Shown here piece after piece: positions 6,691 to 10,904 of a stretch of DNA of 10,904 nucleotides. Positions within the stretch are counted from its first letter, which is position 1. Each line of letters begins with the position of its first letter. The stretch is from Pseudomonadota bacterium (GTDB lineage Bacteria > Bdellovibrionota_C > UBA2361): assembly GCA_046047875.1 (NCBI GenBank), contig JBJOHD010000141.1, forward strand, positions 1 through 10,904. The letters are read 5' to 3'. A program made the position numbers and the translations under genes. Below the pieces are notes generated by a model. The model was not told the origin of the DNA. It saw only the letters and a program-made list of their open reading frames with translations, and made no database searches.

Positions 6691-7945
6691 ATCGCCGTTC
6701 ATAAAGCCCTTTCTCTGTCCCGCTTGTGGGGCGCCGCAGACCATCCGTGCGCTCGGCAAAACTATCGAATACAGCTGCACAAGCTGTGGCTCCCTCATCG
6801 ATATCACCGCGGAGCCGTTCTCAGTTCTCGCCGCCGCGGCGAACGCCCGTGCTCACGAACCGAAGATCCCCCTCGGCCAACGGGGAATGCTGCAGGGTAT
6901 CGCCTTTGAGTGCATCGGTTTCATGATCCGTACCGATCCCTCGCTACAATATCCGTGGGAGGAGTATCTTCTTTTTAATCCGTATCACGGATTTCGGTGG
7001 CTCATAACGATGAACGGTCATTGGAACTTTGTTACTCCGGTGTTCGGCCTCTCAGAGACACCGGAGGAGGACGTCTTAACCTACGAGGGACGAACGTACT
7101 CTATATTCTTAAGAGACTCCGCTATCGTACAGTACGTACAAGGTGAGTTCTACTGGCAGGTAAAGGTCGGCGACAGGGTCAACGTTCGGGAGTATATATC
7201 CCCGCCGTTTACACTTTCAGTCGAAGTGGATGAAAACGAACAGAACTTCGCCCACGCTGAGTATCTCCAGCATTCCGAGGTTGAAACCGCTTTCGCTCTG
7301 GAACCGAAGTCGCTACCGCAGCCGAGCGGGATCTTCCCGAATCAACCCTCACCCCATCTCCACAATCGCTTCTTTTACGTTATCGGCACCCTCGTGGTCC
7401 TCCCCCTTCTTTTCGTTATTCATTTCATGCTCCAGCGACCGCCCGAACCGGTCACCGCAGTGTCGGGCACCGCATTCCCCGGAACTTCTCCCTCCCCCCT
7501 AACGACAGAGACGGTTGAGTTTTTAGACCACGGAAACCTTGGATTTCTCCTGCAGAGTCCCGTTCTAAACTCATGGGTGGACGCAGAGATAGGGATAGTG
7601 AACGCCGACACCGGCGCCACCACCGAGACATCAGTGGGAGTTTCGTACTTCCACGGCCTCGAAAGCGGGGAGCGGTGGAGCGAGGGCTCAACAACAAGCG
7701 CCGTCACGGTGGGTGATATCCCGTCTGGTCGGTATTATTTTACCGTCCAAGCGACTAACGGAGCCTCGCCGTCTCAAAAAGCGCCTCAACCGTTCAGCCT
7801 CTCGATTAGACGACATGTTTCGTATTTGAGTAATTTATTCCTCGCGATTGTAGTAGCCTGTCTCCCCCTCGCCTTGAATCTCCTCCGAGGAATCAGCTTC
7901 GAAAGTCGGCGGTGGAATAATTCAACCGAAACAAACTCGGGTTAA
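6680..7945 (+). CDS. Zinc-ribbon / DUF4178-like paralog extended by two TM helices flanking a ~130-aa extracytoplasmic domain, 421 aa.
   Basis: C4 ribbon FLCPACGAPQ...YSCTSCGS at codons 13, 16, 33 and 36 (nt ~6716-6787). Residues ~75-200 parallel the upstream gene: FECIGFMIRT versus FELIGRVQRR, and YPWEEYLLFNPYHGFRWLITMNGHWNFV versus MWNEWHMFFGGERSAWLAEAQGFLMV. Hydrophobic helix FFYVIGTLVVLPLLFVIHFML spans ~7370-7432. A Ser/Thr/Gly-rich beta-looking domain spans 7433-7825. A second helix YLSNLFLAIVVACLPLALNLL spans ~7826-7885, followed by a short basic tail. The start overlaps the previous stop (ATGGCTCGTGA at 6680-6690). Confidence 0.7.
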   Translation: MARESPFIKPFLCPACGAPQTIRALGKTIEYSCTSCGSLIDITAEPFSVLAAAANARAHEPKIPLGQRGMLQGIAFECIGFMIRTDPSLQYPWEEYLLFNPYHGFRWLITMNGHWNFVTPVFGLSETPEEDVLTYEGRTYSIFLRDSAIVQYVQGEFYWQVKVGDRVNVREYISPPFTLSVEVDENEQNFAHAEYLQHSEVETAFALEPKSLPQPSGIFPNQPSPHLHNRFFYVIGTLVVLPLLFVIHFMLQRPPEPVTAVSGTAFPGTSPSPLTTETVEFLDHGNLGFLLQSPVLNSWVDAEIGIVNADTGATTETSVGVSYFHGLESGERWSEGSTTSAVTVGDIPSGRYYFTVQATNGASPSQKAPQPFSLSIRRHVSYLSNLFLAIVVACLPLALNLLRGISFESRRWNNSTETNSG

Positions 7946-7968
7946 GGAAGAGCGAGGAGGGTGAATCG

Positions 7969-8100
7969 ATGCGCGAATTCGTAGTGATAGTATGGATCGG
8001 AGTTGTCGTTTGGTTTGCTCAAGCGACGTATTACGAGAAGACGGCGCTCTCCCTTATGCCGAAGTTTTTTCGGACAGGCTCAGGTTTTCAACACAAATAG
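7969..8100 (+). CDS. Unannotated small membrane protein, 43 aa, single predicted TM helix.
   Basis: Strong Shine-Dalgarno GAGGAGG at 7954-7960, 8 nt before the ATG at 7969. Manual translation gives MREFVVIVWIGVVVWFAQATYYEKTALSLMPKFFRTGSGFQHK with a TAG stop at 8098-8100. It sits in the operon 23 nt after the previous stop and 20 nt before the next start. It is below the ORF-track size cut-off. Confidence 0.55.
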   Translation: MREFVVIVWIGVVVWFAQATYYEKTALSLMPKFFRTGSGFQHK

Positions 8101-8120
8101 GAAGTTAATCGGAGGAATTT

Positions 8121-8330
8121 ATGCTTAATTCATCGACGATGATCTCTTCGCTGGTTTACTCGCTGGTTGGAATGGTGACGTTCGTGTTCGGATTTTGGCT
8201 CTTCGACCGCCTCACCCCCTACAAACTTTGGGAAGAGATCGTTGAGCACAAGAATGTAGCGCTCGCAATCGTTGTCGGCGCCGGCGCTATCGCGCTTGGC
8301 CTGATCATCGGCTCGGCAATTCACGGATAG
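8121..8330 (+). CDS. DUF350-like small inner-membrane protein (YjfL-like), 69 aa, two TM segments.
   Basis: Sequence is MLNSSTMISSLVYSLVGMVTFVFGFWLFDRLTPYKLWEEIVEHKNVALAIVVGAGAIALGLIIGSAIHG. The central motif LTPY...EEI.E.KN.A.A between two hydrophobic helices is what I recall as the DUF350 signature. GGAGG SD at 8111-8115 lies 5 nt before the ATG. Confidence 0.7.
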   Translation: MLNSSTMISSLVYSLVGMVTFVFGFWLFDRLTPYKLWEEIVEHKNVALAIVVGAGAIALGLIIGSAIHG

Positions 8331-8338
8331 TTGAATCG

Positions 8339-9835
8339 ATGGACGCCGTTCTTCTCGCCTCGGTGTTTATCGTCGCTACGTGCGGACTCGTCTATGAGCT
8401 TGTCGCAGGAACGGTAGCAAGCTATCTTCTCGGCGATTCGGTCACCCAATTCTCGACTGTCATCGGGACCTACCTGTCAGCGATGGGTGTTGGGTCGTAC
8501 CTGGCGCAATTCGTGAAAAGGAGGCTCCTCGAAACTTTTGTTCGGATCGAGATCGTTCTGGCGCTTATCGGCGGAACTTCTGCGACCCTGCTCTTCCTCA
8601 CCTTCGAGTTCGTTACCTCGTTCCGTTTGGTTTTGTACGGACTCGTCTTCGTCATAGGGATGTTCGTTGGGCTGGAGATTCCCCTCTTGCTCCGAATCCT
8701 GCGAGACCGCATCGAGTTCAGCGCGCTGATATCCCGGGTGTTAAGCTTTGACTACCTCGGCGCTCTCGCGGCCAGCGTTCTCTTTCCCCTCATACTGGCC
8801 CCCCAGCTCGGACTTGTGCGAACAGCGTTCCTCTTCGGTCTGATGAATGCTGCGGTCGCGTTATGGGTGCTGGCGGTGCTGGGTGACCGACTTCCCTCTC
8901 GCCGTGCGCTCGCCGCCTCAGCTTGGGTAGTCTTTGCGCTGCTTCTTGGAGGGTTCATCGGTTCGAATTCCTTGGTGGCATTCGCCGAGGCGGGGATTTA
9001 CGCAGACCCGGTTATCTATGCTAAAACCACTCCGTACCAGCGGATCATCCTCACTAACTCCCCCCGGGAGACTAAGCTTTTTCTCAACGGAGCTCTCCAA
9101 TTTAGTTCGCGTGACGAATATCGATATCATGAGGCGCTCGTCCATCCTGGCTTAAGCGCGATTAAAGACCCCCGACGGGTGCTGATCTTGGGCGGAGGCG
9201 ATGGCCTCGCCGCCCGGGAGGTGCTGCGCTACCCCACGGTTGAGGCGATCGTGCTCGTCGACCTCGACCCGGCGATTACCGACCTCTTTCGCTCAAGCGA
9301 ACTCCCTCGCTCCCTTAACGACGACGCCTTAAATTCTCCGAAGGTCACTGTGATTAACGCGGATGCCTTCCGCTGGCTCAAGGAGTATAACGGCCCCTCG
9401 TTTGACTTCATTATCGTCGACTTCCCCGACCCTACTAATTTCTCCCTCGGAAAACTCTATACAACAACTTTCTACCGTTCGGTAAAACGGGTAATGGGGC
9501 CTCAGAGCCGTGGCGTGATTCAAAGCACCTCACCGCTTCTCGCTCGACGCTCCTTTTGGTGCATCCACAATACCGTGGCATCGATCGGAGTCACTACCCT
9601 CCCCTATCACGTCTATCTTCCCTCGTTTGGCGAGTGGGGCTTCGTTCTTTTTACCTCCGATCCCAGTCCCTTTTCCCCCACTTTTCCCCCGAACCTCCGC
9701 TTCATCGACGCCGAAACTTTCTCGGTGATGCGCCGCTTCGCGCCCGATATGTCGCAGCTTCAAACTGAGATAAATCGTCTCGATAATCAGATCCTGGTCT
9801 CATATTACGAGAACGAGTGGTCGGAGTACTTATGA
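8339..9835 (+). CDS. speE: Membrane-anchored polyamine aminopropyltransferase: spermidine/spermine-synthase catalytic domain fused to an N-terminal ~210-aa polytopic membrane domain, 498 aa.
   Basis: The C-terminal half carries SpeE catalytic motifs: RVLILGGGDGLAAREVLRY (GGGDG at ~9191-9205) and DFIIVDFPDPTNFSLGKLYT (~9404-9433, the D..D.P amine-binding segment), plus PYQRIILTNSP near the domain start. The N-terminal 8339-~8975 encodes ~7 hydrophobic helices (for example IVLALIGGTSATLLFLTFEFV and VLFPLILAPQLGLVRTAFLFGLMNAAVALWVLAVLG). It starts 8 nt after the DUF350 stop. Confidence 0.85.
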   Translation: MDAVLLASVFIVATCGLVYELVAGTVASYLLGDSVTQFSTVIGTYLSAMGVGSYLAQFVKRRLLETFVRIEIVLALIGGTSATLLFLTFEFVTSFRLVLYGLVFVIGMFVGLEIPLLLRILRDRIEFSALISRVLSFDYLGALAASVLFPLILAPQLGLVRTAFLFGLMNAAVALWVLAVLGDRLPSRRALAASAWVVFALLLGGFIGSNSLVAFAEAGIYADPVIYAKTTPYQRIILTNSPRETKLFLNGALQFSSRDEYRYHEALVHPGLSAIKDPRRVLILGGGDGLAAREVLRYPTVEAIVLVDLDPAITDLFRSSELPRSLNDDALNSPKVTVINADAFRWLKEYNGPSFDFIIVDFPDPTNFSLGKLYTTTFYRSVKRVMGPQSRGVIQSTSPLLARRSFWCIHNTVASIGVTTLPYHVYLPSFGEWGFVLFTSDPSPFSPTFPPNLRFIDAETFSVMRRFAPDMSQLQTEINRLDNQILVSYYENEWSEYL

Positions 9836-10904
9836 GCGGTACACCGTTCTCCCGTCGTCGTTTCATCGCAGGGGGACTCGGTTCGCTCGCCGCTTTCAGC
9901 GGCGTAACGAGGCTGAACAGCTCTGAGGTGCCGGTGGTTCCGAGTGTCATCCACGGTGCGACACACCGGGTGGGGCACCTTCTCAGATCGGTTACGCCGC
10001 TCCCGCCCCCGTCGACTCGCCGCAGCACCCGAGTGGCTATCGTCGGAGGCGGTATCGCCGGGTTATCAGCTGGATGGTGGTTATCCCGCAATGGCTTTCA
10101 CGACTACATCGTTCTGGAACTTGAGGATGCTCTGGGGGGAACTGCGCTAAGCGGTGAGAATTCGATAACACCCTTCCCCTGGGGTGCCCACTATGTGCCG
10201 ACACCCGGCAAAGATGCTCGCTACGTCCGAACTTTCTTTGAAGAGATCGGTGCGATTACAGGCTACGACGACTCCGGCGAACCGACCTACGATGAATTGA
10301 TGCTATGCGGCGCTCCCGAGGCCCGTCTTTTCATCCACGGTCGATGGCAAGAGGGGCTTCTTCCCGCAACCGGACTCGCTCACCGAGACTCGGCTGAGCA
10401 GGCGAGATTCTTCGCCCTGCTTGACCGGTTTCGTAGTGCGATCGGTTCTGACGGACGACCCGCATTCACGATACCGGCTCATCTATCCTCCCGCGATCCT
10501 GAGTACCGTCGGTTTGATAGCATCACCTTTGCTGAACTGATGCGGCAGTGGGGACTCTCCTCTCCTTATTTAAATTGGTATATCGACTACTGCTTCCGCG
10601 ATGACTTCGGTGCCCTCAGCACACGTATATCTGCCTGGGCCGGACTGCATTACTTCTGCGCTCGGAGCGCTACAGGGTCGAACGGGCGGGAGCTCCTTCT
10701 CACCTGGCCGGAGGGAAATGGATTCCTCGTAAAGGAACTCCGGCGCCGAATCAGCGGGGAGATACTCACGCAAACACTCGTTACGGGGATAATCCCGACG
10801 AAAAATGGGGTCGCAGTCGAGTTCCTCGACCTGAAGAGAAGCTCCCGGGGAGCGCTTGATGTTGAGGCAGTAGTCTACGCTGCTCCGCGATTCACCGCTC
10901 CGTT
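9832..10904 (+). CDS. Tat-signal FAD-dependent oxidoreductase (amine-oxidase-like), partial: C-terminus off the window, ≥357 aa.
   Basis: The ATG at 9832 overlaps the speE-like TGA (ATGA). GGAG lies 5 nt upstream. The N-terminus MSGTPFSRRRFIAGGLGSLAAFSG is a twin-arginine (S-R-R-x-F-L/I) signal followed by an h-region. The dinucleotide-binding motif RVAIVGGGIAGLSAGWWLSRNGFHDYIVLELEDALGG (~10036-10140) is typical of FAD amine oxidases and renalase-like proteins. The frame stays open to the window end. Confidence 0.75.
   Translation, partial: MSGTPFSRRRFIAGGLGSLAAFSGVTRLNSSEVPVVPSVIHGATHRVGHLLRSVTPLPPPSTRRSTRVAIVGGGIAGLSAGWWLSRNGFHDYIVLELEDALGGTALSGENSITPFPWGAHYVPTPGKDARYVRTFFEEIGAITGYDDSGEPTYDELMLCGAPEARLFIHGRWQEGLLPATGLAHRDSAEQARFFALLDRFRSAIGSDGRPAFTIPAHLSSRDPEYRRFDSITFAELMRQWGLSSPYLNWYIDYCFRDDFGALSTRISAWAGLHYFCARSATGSNGRELLLTWPEGNGFLVKELRRRISGEILTQTLVTGIIPTKNGVAVEFLDLKRSSRGALDVEAVVYAAPRFTAP

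Noticed and set aside
9702-10091. Minus-strand 129-aa ORF across the speE/FAD-oxidoreductase junction.
   Set aside because: It is antisense to two well-supported genes and has an Arg/Pro-rich product.
1-10904. Search for CRISPR arrays, long direct/inverted repeats, tRNA/rRNA-like segments, and transposase/integrase genes.
   Set aside because: Beyond the short CAGCTC tandem at 5005-5017 there is no regularly spaced repeat structure and no clover-leaf-like conserved tRNA boxes. No ORF has transposase or integrase hallmarks.

Overview
This is a GC-rich bacterial window in two parts. The left part (1-4540) is ordinary metabolism: a partial minus-strand ORF of unknown function running off the left edge, a UbiE/MenG-type quinone C-methyltransferase (minus strand), and a large two-domain dimethylglycine/sarcosine-dehydrogenase-family enzyme (plus strand). 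The right part (4540-10904) is the unusual one. A class-1 pyruvoyl S-adenosylmethionine decarboxylase gene (speH-like, minus strand) is transcribed divergently from a tightly packed plus-strand operon with overlapping or near-touching genes. The operon order is: an SPFH/Band-7 protein with a Gly/Ala linker and a C-terminal SHOCT-like domain, then two paralogous proteins with N-terminal C4 zinc ribbons (the second extended by two TM helices and an extracytoplasmic domain), then an unannotated 43-aa single-TM protein, then a DUF350-like small membrane protein, then a spermidine-synthase catalytic domain fused to an N-terminal polytopic membrane domain, then a partial Tat-signal FAD-dependent (amine-oxidase-like) oxidoreductase. 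The most interesting hypothesis is a poorly characterised envelope-associated module that couples an SPFH/zinc-ribbon/DUF350 membrane-stress cassette to membrane-localised polyamine (aminopropyl) chemistry. The cassette is reminiscent of the PspA-associated ydjGHI and yjfIJKLMC neighbourhoods, but no pspA gene is in the window. Several ORF-track entries are over-extended at the 5' end or are antisense artefacts. No rRNA, tRNA, CRISPR or obvious mobile element was seen.
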